A stretch of 63,991 nucleotides of DNA, the filler included, from Octopus bimaculoides (taxonomy: Eukaryota): NCBI RefSeq assembly GCF_001194135.2. It is 6 parts of 6 records of this genome, joined end to end, with 100 filler letters (N's around TTAATTAATTAA, not from the genome) between each part and the next. Parts side by side here need not be neighbours in the genome. Positions count along the whole stretch, not along the records: positions 18,244 to 38,863 come from NC_068988.1; positions 38,964 to 46,421 come from NC_069003.1; 4 more parts are not named here. The stretch is one strand, 5' to 3'. How positions within the stretch are numbered: position 1 is the stretch's first letter; the number at the start of each line of letters is the position of its first letter. Shown here one piece after another: positions 28,340-40,331 of the stretch. The notes below the pieces were generated by a model. It had not been told where the DNA came from. It ran no database searches and saw only the letters and a list, made by a program, of their open reading frames with translations. Made by a program: the position numbers and the translations under genes.

Positions 28340-29630
28340 CATTATATTGAGTTTGTTGAGAGGCAAAATTTATGGACGGTCTAGCGATAGCGTCGGGGGT
28401 GGTCATGAAGCAGATAGAAGAGACGGGTTACAAGTATTTGGGGATATTGGAAATGGATGAATTGATGGAAGAAGATATGACAGAATATATAAGGTGGAGT
28501 ACTTGCGCAGACTGAGACTGATCCTTAAGTCGAAATTAAACGGACGGAATAAGATTGAAGCTATCAAATCCTGGGCGGTTTCACTACTTCGATATGGAGC
28601 AGGAGTAATCGCATGGGCAGTAGAAGAATTAAACAGCTTAGACAGAAAACAGAAGTAAGTTGCTGACTAGATATGGGATACTCCACCAAAAATGTAACGG
28701 ACAGATTGCATGTACCAAGAAAAAGAGGGGGAAGAGGACTGATTGAGTACGAACACAGCATTAGAGCAGAAGAAAACAACATAGCATGGTATGTAAACAT
28801 GCCACAGAACCACTAATATTGAAAGTAAGAATGTCAGGCTTGTGTAGGATGGAAGATTGGAAAGATAAGCGCTGTACAAACACTTGCGAATGAATGAAAT
28901 TAAAAATAGATGGATAAAGAAAAGTATGCATGGACAATTTCATAGAGACATTGAAGTCAGACAGAGAAAAAAGATGGCTATAGATGACTAAAAGTGATTT
29001 AACTCCGGAAACGGAAGCTCAAATCTGCGCTGCCCTAGAGCAAGCATTAAGAACTAATTACATGTACTACAGAATAGACAACACATCAGAAAGTGATAAG
29101 TGTAGAATATGTGAACAAAATGGTGAAAACGTTTGGCATATTACCAATCAATACACGCCACTAACTCAGAAAGACTATAAGAGACTTCATCACAATATTT
29201 CAAGTATTGTCTATTGGACACATTGCAACAAGTATGGCCTTGACAGAGCGAAATAGTGGTACAAACCTAAACCCGAAGTCATCATCGTAAATTTTTTTCT
29301 TTTTTTTTTAACGAGGTATACGATAACGTAAAATGAAGCGTCAATATATGTGACAGGTTAGCTTGGGAGGCTAAAAAGTTGTGGTCACTGAAAAAGGTGG
29401 TAGTAGTAACAATAATTGTCGAAGCACCGGGAACAGTGAGTAAAAAGCTTGAGAAGTACATGGAATAAATAGGGACAGCAATAAGGTTGGAGCACTTGCA
29501 GAAAGCAGCACTGCTTGTAACTGCTCGAATATTCTGGATGGTACTCGAAAAAAAAGGGGTGTTACCTTAGGTCACTGGTAGTGAACAGCTGGCACTGTAG
29601 TACATCTGCAGCGTTAGAAGCTGTGCAAAT
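28340..29630 (+). mobile_element. 5'-truncated R4/Dong-like LINE ending in a (TAA)n tail
   Basis: Motifs GYKYLGILE, LILKSKLNGRNKIEAIKSWAVSLLRYGAGV, RKRGGRGLI and MHGQF. ORF 28984..29256 contains AQICAALEQALRTNY..CRICEQNGENVWHI..KRLH. The terminal LQKAALL is followed by a 3'UTR and (TAA)n at about 29630-29703. Confidence 0.88.
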
Positions 29631-29640
29631 AAATAAATAA

Positions 29641-29705
<65 letters not shown>

Positions 29706-29709
29706 TGAT

Positions 29710-29862
29710 GAAAAGTCGAGAGATTTCACAGGTTAGCTTGGGAAATTAAGCAGTTGTGGTTGATAAAAAAGGTAGCAGTAGTACCAATAATTGTCGGAGT
29801 CCTGGGAACGTAGAGCAAAATTAAGCGTGGAGCACTTGCAGAAAACAGTGAGCATCTGTGTA
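29710..29862 (+). mobile_element. Short 3' fragment of an R4/Dong-like LINE directly after the (TAA)n tract
   Basis: Similar to 29350-29510 of the preceding copy (ggttagcttggga..gtagtaccaataattgtcggag..ctgggaac..gagcacttgcagaaa). Confidence 0.7.
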
Positions 29863-29879
29863 GTTCTATACAAAGTTTC

Positions 29880-30525
29880 TCACTCGACATTTCCATTTCG
29901 GAAAGGCAGCAGAGTACCTCATTAATGACATATCTCAAGTTTAATGAGATTGTCACCATTTAAATTCTTTACTTGGATACTTTAGTGACACTCTCTCTTA
30001 TTTCTCCTATTATCCTATCATCTTACATCACTTCTACATATTTGTAACCCTCATTATCCAATTGCGGTCAATTGATGTTGTCTTGTGATAGTGTTATGCT
30101 ATCGGAACATAACTTGCAACTTCTTTTCCTAATTAGCACTGGCCCCTATCCTAGCAGTATTCCAATGTTTTTACTGAATTATCTCACTGTTTGCATGAAC
30201 GGGTCTCGCTCTATCACTTTTTTGTAAATAGCTATTTTTGTATAAAAAATATATTAGGTGATGTATTTTTGTAAACTCATTGGAAAGACTGGATTTTTTC
30301 AGTATAATTGTCAGAGCTATAATCGCAAATACGAAGGATGAGAGAAGTAGTGAGTCCCCCTGCAAAATTCCTCAGTATATTTTCGCTTTACCTACTATTT
30401 CACATTATCTAGTAGTTCACTGATTTTCCAAAACGCATTTGATTTCTCATTGATTCGCAGTGTCCTCAGATAATCCAAGATACGAGTGCGTTGCAATCCT
30501 TAACTTCTTATTTCTTACTCGTAGT
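29880..30525 (-). mobile_element. Degraded R4/Dong-like LINE RT fragment
   Basis: ORF 30171..30365 reads RGILQGDSLLLSSFVFAIIALTIILKK..IHHL, the RT QGDSLSP motif. An upstream SWII remnant and a downstream GYKY remnant are also present. Confidence 0.7.
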
Positions 30526-33500
30526 ATAATCATGATCATGATCATCAACATCATCATCATCATCTTTATTATCATCATCTCAATCACAAACACTTTTATC
30601 TGTCATCATCACCATCATCATCATTATCATTATTTTTAGACTTGTGATTTCTGTCACCTATTTATAGCTCAAATTCATTTTTAAAACACTGCTTATATTT
30701 CAAATTTTGAATTCATGCTGTGATTGAACAGCAATCATATGACAATCTCCAAATGTGTTATCCTTTGAATTTCAAATCTTTCAAATATAGTTTTTCATGT
30801 ATTTATATATTTCAGCCCATCTCCATTTAATTCATTTCCTGTTATTTATTTATTTACGATATTTGTTTCTCTACAATGGTTCTATTAGCTTGTCATCTAT
30901 TACCACTCAATAGATACAGAAAACCCACCATGTTCAAATCCGTTTGTTTTATATGTTTAGTGAATTATCTTATTGAATTAGCAATTAACAATGGAACCCT
31001 AACAGGATTTTGTAAATGTAAAAACACTGGCTATTTCAGAATTTTGTAAATGTAATTATCAATTAAATACCACCTATATGCCAGTGAATTAATGCATTTC
31101 TTTACTTTTATTTTCTTTTTGAGGAAAGAGGTAATAAAATACATTACTCTGATGGTAAGTTAAACCAAATTATCAAAAACAATAACAATGATATAAAAAG
31201 TGAATGTTCATCACATATATCTATGCGCATCACGATGCATCAACAAGTATATAATTTTAGTCGAGCACATTCATAATCAAATTATTGCTATTGCATATAC
31301 GTTCTCTTTTCCTAAGTCGCACTCCGAAATACATTTTCTAATGACTTTTCCCAGCGATATTATATGCGGATTGGGTAAGATTCACATAGTAATCCAGTCA
31401 GATTATGCTATCGCACAGCTGATTATTAATTGCTTCCAATATATTTATAGTATGGAATTTTGGTGAAACTCTAGTAAACATATGGGACAATGGATTGATG
31501 CACGGGCATGCGGTGATGTCCATGAGTAATGTGGATATATAACATGGTCGTTGAAGAAGTAGATCTGATCTGAAAGGAACGACACCATCAACTTACGCAG
31601 GAAAATGTTAAACAAAGAATGCGTGTTAATTTTATTAAATGTATAGCTTGATTCGAGTTTTAAAGCGTCTGGCGACGAAGTAACAAGATCGTTACCAGAC
31701 AGGATTAAGTTCTTAGAGGCATTTTATCTGTAAGTACGTTCTGAGTTCAAATTTTGCTAAGGTCCGATTTGATGCACCATGTTTATATCATGAGCGGATA
31801 AACAGAAAGAATTTCACGTTTATTTTTATAGATATTTCATATATCCTTCATCAAAGATGCATAAATAAAGACAACAACACAGAAACAGGAGAGAAATCAG
31901 GCTGAGTATGTGATGGTAACATCGTATATCTGTAAATATACTAATAGTTCACTTGCGAAATGTCAAAGGTTTGAAATGCACTATCGTCGACTGAGCCACT
32001 TTATTAATTTCGAACAATGGAAGACGACATGCCTTAGTTTGAAATGAATATGATAATGGTCGTATCCAAATAACAAAAAAATATCTGATTCATGTTCTAT
32101 GGATCCTATATTTCTGCACTTTCAATAATAAAAGTAAATCCATGCTTAACGATATTTGTGTTTCGAGATTATGGGTTGGTGTAAAGCTGTGAGCATGGAG
32201 AATAGTTAACACGCTAGTCAAAAGGCTTGATAGCAGTTCGTCTGTCATTACTTTCAGAGTTCACATTCCACCCAAGGAAATAAGTAACGTTTAAAGGGCT
32301 GGGATCAACGTTATCAACAAGCACCCACCGCCACAAAGTTTCATGCCTTGTGCCTATGATATATCGGACTTTATAGGCCTTTATTCCTTTTCTTATGTTG
32401 GTGATCACAGAATTTCAAGTTAAATTTATCGTAGACAGATATTGGTTTGTTGATCCCACTGTTGCCTTTTGAATACACATCTCGATACATTCACTTGTGA
32501 TAAAAGCATCATGTGTACTACTTCAATCTGCGATCTTTCGTGTCTGGTCGTTTATTATATCTTTTCGAAAGGGTCTTGAAGTATATACCTCTTGTGTTAC
32601 TATTCTTTGAGACATTAAACTTTCTACATATAGCAGCAACATCTTCCTTAATTAATTTTGTCTACTATAGGCTGAATGCTCGAAGTGTTAGGGGAGGGGA
32701 ATGATCGATAATTCGTCCCCAATATTTGACTGACACACATTTTTGAGTAGGTCGATGAAAGTTGAAACCGCTCCTGGCAGAATTTAAACTCAGAACATGA
32801 AGTCAGAATAAACGGTGAGAAAACGATACTACCAATGTTCCTTAAATCTCCCTTAAATTATTCCCTACAATCCCTAAAAGAAGGCATTCGCCAACAAGCT
32901 ACTTCTGGGAACACATGAGACGGATTGGTCATAGTTAGTACTCCTTTGATCGTATATCTACCTGACCTAGTATCCTCTAGTGCTAAAGAGCATCGAGGTT
33001 AACAACATATTCGTAGGGCAGAGTTACCTGTTATACTAGGAGCTGTTTCTTGCAAAAACAAATTCTTAAATCCGACGAGCATTTCTGGATATGAAGGGCA
33101 AAAATCGCGACTATATAATCCAAACGAGGGGAATTTTACAACTGTGGCAGTAGGTAACTAGGGACTGGTTAATAATGTATGATATAGAACTAGTTGAATC
33201 AAATTGTATTACGTGCGTTGGCTTCAAATCTAAAATGAAATAACGGGAGACATATAGCAAAATATCGTATAAAAGTGTTTGTTAGAAATCAGATACATAA
33301 TGATATATCGATTTGTATTCTATTATATTTTATTGCATTTATGCCACAAATATCTGGTAAAAATTGTTTAAGCACACTCTATGGCTCCAGGGACATACAT
33401 AAAAATGTACACACACAACAAATCTATACATAGATGTGTGTGTGTGTATATATATGTATGTATATTTACACACATATATATATTTTATTATGTATATATA

Positions 33501-34357
33501 TATATATATATATATATNNNNNNNNNNNNNNNNNNNNNNNNNNNNNNNNNNNNNNNNNNNNNNNNNNNNNNNNNNNNNNNNNNNNNNNNNNNNNNNNNNN
33601 NNNNNNNNNNNNNNNNNNNNNNNNNNNNNNNNNNNNNNNNNNNNNNNNNNNNNNNNNNNNNNNNNNNNNNNNNNNNNNNNNNNNNNNNNNNNNNNNNNNN
33701 NNNNNNNNNNNNNNNNNNNNNNNNNNNNNNNNNNNNNNNNNNNNNNNNNNNNNNNNNNNNNNNNNNNNNNNNNNNNNNNNNNNNNNNNNNNNNNNNNNNN
33801 NNNNNNNNNNNNNNNNNNNNNNNNNNNNNNNNNNNNNNNNNNNNNNNNNNNNNNNNNNNNNNNNNNNNNNNNNNNNNNNNNNNNNNNNNNAGGCCCAAAT
33901 CGACGTGCTTTGTTGAAGGGAAGCTATGTTGTTTTATGTATACATCACTTGGGGACAAATAAAGCAGGCGAAATTAAGAAAGTTTTGCGGAACAAATTTA
34001 GACGGCGACGAAATGCTGAACAATAGCTATATCAATTTTCAGATCCTTAATTCCAACGTATAAAAAAAAGTAAAAGATATATTGCTGTTCGCTTAATACA
34101 CACTCTTCGACGCCGACACATGAGTGTAAGTAGCTACGGACGTATGGAGTTATTGTAGTAGATATATAGGTACTGAAGTGTATCTGTGTGTAAACATGTG
34201 TGCGTGTGTATGTGCATGTAATGTGTATTGTATGTGTGTGTTTGTGTTTGCGTGCCTGCGTGCGTTTGTGGGAGTAAATATTGATATAGCAGCTTATGAA
34301 CTTAGCTGTTTTAGGGGCAGGTATAGACTTACATACTCTAGACATCTGAGGATATAT

Positions 34358-34915
34358 GAAGTTCCGTAGCTCTCGGCTCGGACGAACGTACATACGTTCA
34401 GGCCAAGAGCAACGAACGAAGTTCATTAGCTCTCGGCTCGAACGAACGTACGTACGTTCGGGCCAAGAGCAACGAACGAAGTGCCGTAGCTCTCGGCTCG
34501 GACGAACGTACGTACGTTCGGGCCAAGAGTAACGAACGAAGTTCCGTAGCTCTTGGCTCGAACCAACGTACGTACGTTCAGGCCAAGGGCAACGAACGAA
34601 GTTCCGGAGCTTGTGGCTCGAACGAACGTACGTACGTTCGAGCCAAGAGAAACGAACGAACGTACGTACGTTCAGCCCAAGAGCAACGAACGAAGTTCCG
34701 TAGCTCTTGGCTCGAACGAACGTACGTACGTTGAGGCCATGAGCAACGAACGAAGTTCCGTAGCTCTTTGCTCGAACGAACATACGTACCTTCGGCCAAG
34801 AGCAACGATCGAAGTTCCGTAGCACTTGGCTCGAACAAACGTACGTACGTTCGGGCCAAGAGCAACGAACGAAGTTCCGTAGCTCGTTTGTTCGAGCCAA
34901 GTGCTACGGAACTTC
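34358..34915. repeat. 60-bp tandem repeat (about 9 units), CpG-rich, each unit an imperfect hairpin; final 30 bp inverted
   Basis: Consensus GAAGTTCCGTAGCTCTTGGCTCGAACGAACGTACGTACGTTCGGGCCAAGAGCAACGAAC. Units start at 34358, 34418, 34478, 34538, 34598, (partial), 34692, 34752, 34811, 34871. Confidence 0.95.
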
Positions 34916-35397
34916 NNNNNNNNNNNNNNNNNNNNNNNNNNNNNNNNNNNNNNNNNNNNNNNNNNNNNNNNNNNNNNNNNNNNNNNNNNNNNNNNNNNNN
35001 NNNNNNNNNNNNNNNNNNNNNNNNNNNNNNNNNNNNNNNNNNNNNNNNNNNNNNNNNNNNNNNNNNNNNNNNNNNNNNNNNNNNNNNNNNNNNNNNNNNN
35101 NNNNNNNNNNNNNNNNNNNNNNNNNNNNNNNNNNNNNNNNNNNNNNNNNNNNNNNNNNNNNNNNNNNNNNNNNNNNNNNNNNNNNNNNNNNNNNNNNNNN
35201 NNNNNNNNNNNNNNNNNNNNNNNNNNNNNNNNNNNNNNNNNNNNNNNNNNNNNNNNNNNNNNNNNNNNNNNNNNNNNNNNNNNNNNNNNNNNNNNNNNNN
35301 NNNNNNNNNNNNNNNNNNNNNNNNNNNNNNNNNNNNNNNNNNNNNNNNNNNNNNNNNNNNNNNNNNNNNNNNNNNNNNNNNNNNNNNNNNNNNNNNN

Positions 35398-35729
35398 TAA
35401 AGCTACGGTAGGTCGGAATGTGGACCATTTTTTCCTGTCTTTAATGGTAGTGTAACGTGTCGTTTGGCTTCATTTTCTGTGGCGAATCGCACTTCCACAC
35501 TGCCGAATAGTTTCTCATTTGCTACGTAAGAGATACTAATCCAAATTGGTTCTAAACACTTCTCTACTTGTTCTTTTGATGTTAGCTCTATTTTTCTGCG
35601 TTTTAGGGATAGTGTTTTGTAGTTGAGCGTTAGTTTTTCTGTGCGTTGTGTAATTTTGCAAGAGGGATTAAAAATATATTTATGCCATTTCTTTGTATTA
35701 GGTTGTTGAAATTTTAAAATCCTCAACAC
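35398..35729 (-). mobile_element. Possible degenerate ORF1 (gag-like/RRM) fragment of an L1/Tx1-type LINE
   Basis: KRRKIELTSKEQVEKCLEPIWISISYVANEKLFGSVEVRFATENEAKRHVTLPLKTGK shifts frame into MVHIPTYRSF at the gap. The EVRF..E..A and P.Y pattern resembles non-LTR ORF1 RRM segments. Inference only. Confidence 0.4.
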
Positions 35730-36028
35730 TTATATTTAGTGTTTCTTGATCCAGGGTAGCACTACTTCCTCCAGGCACTCGATGCAGTGTGAGAATGTAA
35801 GCATAACATCCCTATCACTAATGATCACTCCAAACAACATGATATTGACTGAGTGTTTCGCTTTTATCACTCTCGTTACCTGTCCTCAGATTAACATCTA
35901 AACACTCTGAAATGTTTGTACTGGAGCACTCGGCGTGAATACCAAGCAGTACAACATGCTAAGCTATATAGGTCTGGCAGTGTAAATTGCGTCATGGTGC
36001 TGTTTTTTCTCACTGACGNNNNNNNNNN

Positions 36029-36086
<58 letters not shown>

Positions 36087-39049
36087 GTGTGTGTGTGCGT
36101 GTTGCAACAATATCAGCCTTGTATATCTACATTTATACTTATATAAATTTATGCATATCGCTTGTCCGCTCAGTTTCCCCTTCCATCGTAGTTTTCTCAT
36201 GCTAGATATGTGCGCAACACCATATTGCATAAGCCCTAGGTATTATATGTTCTAATGTCGTTATGTAATAGGTTTCTTGTGTGTTTACATGTTTAATAGC
36301 AAGCTAGCTGATGATGATTATGAAGGAAATTATCGAAATACGATGTACATGTAATTACAAATAGAAACTGCCTCTCTAAATACAGAAAATATTATCAAAA
36401 ATTCATAATCACATTAGTTATAATTTATCATAGACATTTAGACATCTGTTGCTTCATCATTGTAATTTTATTTTCTATCAATATAGCGCATCTAATGCCA
36501 ATATAATTGACTATCGAACAAGCGGTAGACACTAAAAATAACAGATCCGTGAAGGAAATAAATGTCCATTAACTATACAACTAGTTCAAAGTCTGAAAAG
36601 ATTATTAAATTTCTAACTAATTTGCAACATCATTTATAACTATATTATATTGTTCTCCTTCTGAAGAGGATATATCTAAGTAACCGACATTACTCTTTGA
36701 CCATGTTCATGCTACATCGCTACACATAATCTATTTATAATCCCTATTATGTTCTTCATATATTAAATAGAATTTATTGTATTTCTAGGTTCGATCACTC
36801 AGCCAGTCATCTCAGGCACTTCTTTTTTTCGTCCAGGACACATTAAATCTTAACGTTTGTGAGTGAATTATCTGAAACTGTGTTAGTGCTTGTGTGACAG
36901 ACTTCATCGTCGAGTTTAACACCAACTGTGATGCATGTATCAGTTTCCGATATTTTAAAGTACATCGATCATTACTCCGGGTTGACGTTACATTATAGTT
37001 TACGTATTACTTGCTGCAAATATAAACGAAGATGCATAATTCTTTCTTCGCTTTGCTCAATTTGCAATGGGCAGGAATGACAACGTTCCTTCATTCAATC
37101 AGCAATAAAAGAAATATAATGAAATCTAACCAGAATCACAATGCTCGCAATCAAAACCTTCAAGATCATACATTATAAAGATAGTAGGCATTTCTTACAC
37201 TTCCGCTCATTAGTATTTCTCACTTTGTTTTGCATCGGTACATTGTATTGTACGATACATTGAAATATTTCAAAAATAAATAGCAATTAGATTTAATTCT
37301 TTTATCAGATCCTCATTTAAGATCAGTAATGTTCATTCTTTTAACATATGAAAGAATAATAAATACCTTGTAAACAGTCAACTTTACACAGAAAGTCTTC
37401 AATTTCAATATGTTTCATGACTTCGTGATGCAAATGAACCATCGAACTCCTCAATATTTTATAATGCCTTTGACGTTCACAAGGAGATCAGGAACACGAA
37501 AATGCATGTTCTGTTTCCTACACACAATTTTATTTAAAATGTAAACAAACGATTGATTTAGTTTTCCGGGAAACTGCAATCAGAAACACTTTTCACTTAG
37601 TTCGATATGAAATGAGAGAAAAAGTGTAAACAATTATTTTTAAGCAGATTTCATATACCTATATAACCCTGTGTGAGAATGTGTGTATATGTATGTGCGT
37701 TCATTACGAATATAGTAAACCTCACCAAATATTATATGCTGAAAGTTTCATGTTAGTCATTAAACAGGCAAACCAAAACGTTATTTTTATTTTTCCCCAC
37801 GTCACTCTAAAGGAAACCATTATGAAGAATTGGGCAGATATTTTGTTAGTACCATTTAGGTATTAATCATCATTGGTCAAATAAACTTATTCAGGTAAAT
37901 AAATAGTAAGTGTTGTTTGACTCTATATAAACAATTTTTATATTTCAAAATATTTTGTCTTATCAGAGTCGGTAAAATAGGTACCAGTTGTCTATGTTAT
38001 TAACTGGTGCCTATGTTATTAACTTAACCTCTCCCTCTAAATTGTTGGATTTGTACCAATGTTTGAAACCACAATAAACTTTTTAATTATGGGCATTTGA
38101 TTAGTTATAAAAATATTTAATTCAATTTTCTATGTAATTTTCTCATGAAAACATTGGGTTGATAACATTTTCTCATGAGCAAGCGTGTAAAATCTTTACG
38201 GCTAGAGGATCATATAATATACCAGCAAGAAATGAAGAATTTTTATATTAATGGAATAGTTTTTCGCAATATGATCATACTTCAGTACGGGTCAAATTCA
38301 CTTTGTGCTAAATAAACTACGTTAACCAGCTGGTATTGGTAAATCCATGTATTTACCAATAAAAAATTATCAATTTAAAACCCACTTTTCGCATTGCAAA
38401 TTTCTATTATTAGATGATAAGAGTTTTGAGATTGTAAAGCTTAAACATTTACCAACGACCTTATTTAAATAGTGATTCTGACATAAATATCACTACAACT
38501 GCTAGTTAATGTTATTTACTTCATTATAATTATTTTGTATTACACGGTCGAACAAAGAAAGTTTAATGTCAATCTTAAAGATTGGAATTATGAATTCATA
38601 GGAGTTTTTAACTAGGTCTTATATTGGTTAAGATACCACACAAAAATACATCAGAGTATTCAGCGTATTAAACAGAATGATCACAGTAGGCACTAAAACG
38701 AAAATAGCAAATTACACTGATATATTAGATGATTAAATAGGACAAGTATTGTTTCAAATGTAAACATAAGAAGCAATGGCAGTGTTTAACTTAAAATATT
38801 ATTCATTTATATTTGCATGTGCATATACATACATACATACATACATACATACATACATACATANNNNNNNNNNNNNNNNNNNNNNNNNNNNNNNNNNNNN
38901 NNNNNNNTTAATTAATTAANNNNNNNNNNNNNNNNNNNNNNNNNNNNNNNNNNNNNNNNNNNNCTACATCTGTTGTGGAGAGGACGAGACTTGTGTGTGG
39001 ATGCGTGCGTGAGACGCTAAATCACACGACTATTCCGACAGAGATAAAA

Positions 39050-39127
39050 CAACCAGCCGGGTGAACCAGCCGGGTGAACCAGCCGGGTGAACCAGCCGAC
39101 CAGCCAACCGGCCAGCCAGCCAGCCAA

Positions 39128-39158
<31 letters not shown>

Positions 39159-39293
39159 AATATTTATTCTCTTGGCTATGTTACTTCGTCTCATTCGATT
39201 TTACAGCCTACACGATGGAATGTCATGAACGTTACACTAGCCGTAGACGTCGTTGCAATCGTTGTTAGCAGCAGCAGCATCAGCAGCAGTATC

Positions 39294-39360
<67 letters not shown>

Positions 39361-39365
39361 TAGAG
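39050..39365. repeat. 13-bp repeat (AACCAGCCGGGTG)x3 grading into (CCAG)n, then (CAG)/(CAA)n, upstream of the DHHC gene
   Basis: Directly readable at 39050-39160 and 39268-39360. Confidence 0.9.
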
Positions 39366-40331
39366 AAAGTCAATTAACGTCCATTCAGAAAACTGTTTTT
39401 TTTGTTTTTTTTACCCCCAGGTGAAACTTAAGGCAACAGAGTATCTTGGTTTATAAATAACTATTGAGGGAGGTGCGAGCGTATGTGTGCGTATGTATGT
39501 GTGTATGTGTGTGTATGTGTGCGTATGTGTGCGTGAAGCATACAGTGGACTTATGATTGTGAGATATGAAAAGAAATATATTTTATAGTAGATACTAATT
39601 GTGTTGTAAGACACACACACACACAGAGCTCGTATTGTAGTATAGCACATACACAGATACACGCACATATATATTCATTCTCTATATATTCTATATATAT
39701 TCATTCTATTTATTCTAGTGTTAAACAGACGCATGCACCAACACAGGCATACATACACACATACATATATATATATTCGCACGCATCTATTTATAATGAA
39801 GGGCTAACACAAAAACAACAGCGCATTAACGTCGTCGTCATCGTCATCACTTCTACTACAAATACTGACGTCACCACCACCACCACCACCACCACATCAC
39901 AACCACCACCACGTCACGACCACCACCACCACCACTGGTACTACCAGTGAGTTTATACTTACCTCTAAATAACTTGGTNNNNNNNNNNNNNNNNNNNNNN
40001 NNNNNNNNNNNNNNNNNNNNNNNNNNNNNNNNNNNNNNNNNNNNNNNNNNNNNNNNNNNNNNNNNNNNNNNNNNNNNNNNNNNNNNNNNNNNNNNNNNNN
40101 NNNNNNNNNNNNNNNNNNNNNNNNNNNNNNNNNNNNNNNNNNNNNNNNNNNNNNNNNNNNNNNNNNNNNNNNNNNNNNNNNNNNNNNNNNNNNNNNNNNN
40201 NNNNNNNNNNNNNNNNNNATATATATATATATATAGACAGGAATATATAAAAGTAAATTAAAACCTCTCAACACAGATAATAAACACATACAAAAAAAAA
40301 TAACAATAACCAGAACAACAACAGCAACAAA

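Noticed and set aside
34358-34915. CRISPR array, or 300-aa repeat protein (ORF 33998..34900)
   Set aside because: No unique spacers, no cas genes, eukaryotic context. Open frames on both strands follow from the 60-bp period, and the long ORF runs into TG microsatellite.
36789-36858. Coding exon after tttctag with a GTGAGT donor
   Set aside because: Stops in the frames examined and no recognisable peptide.
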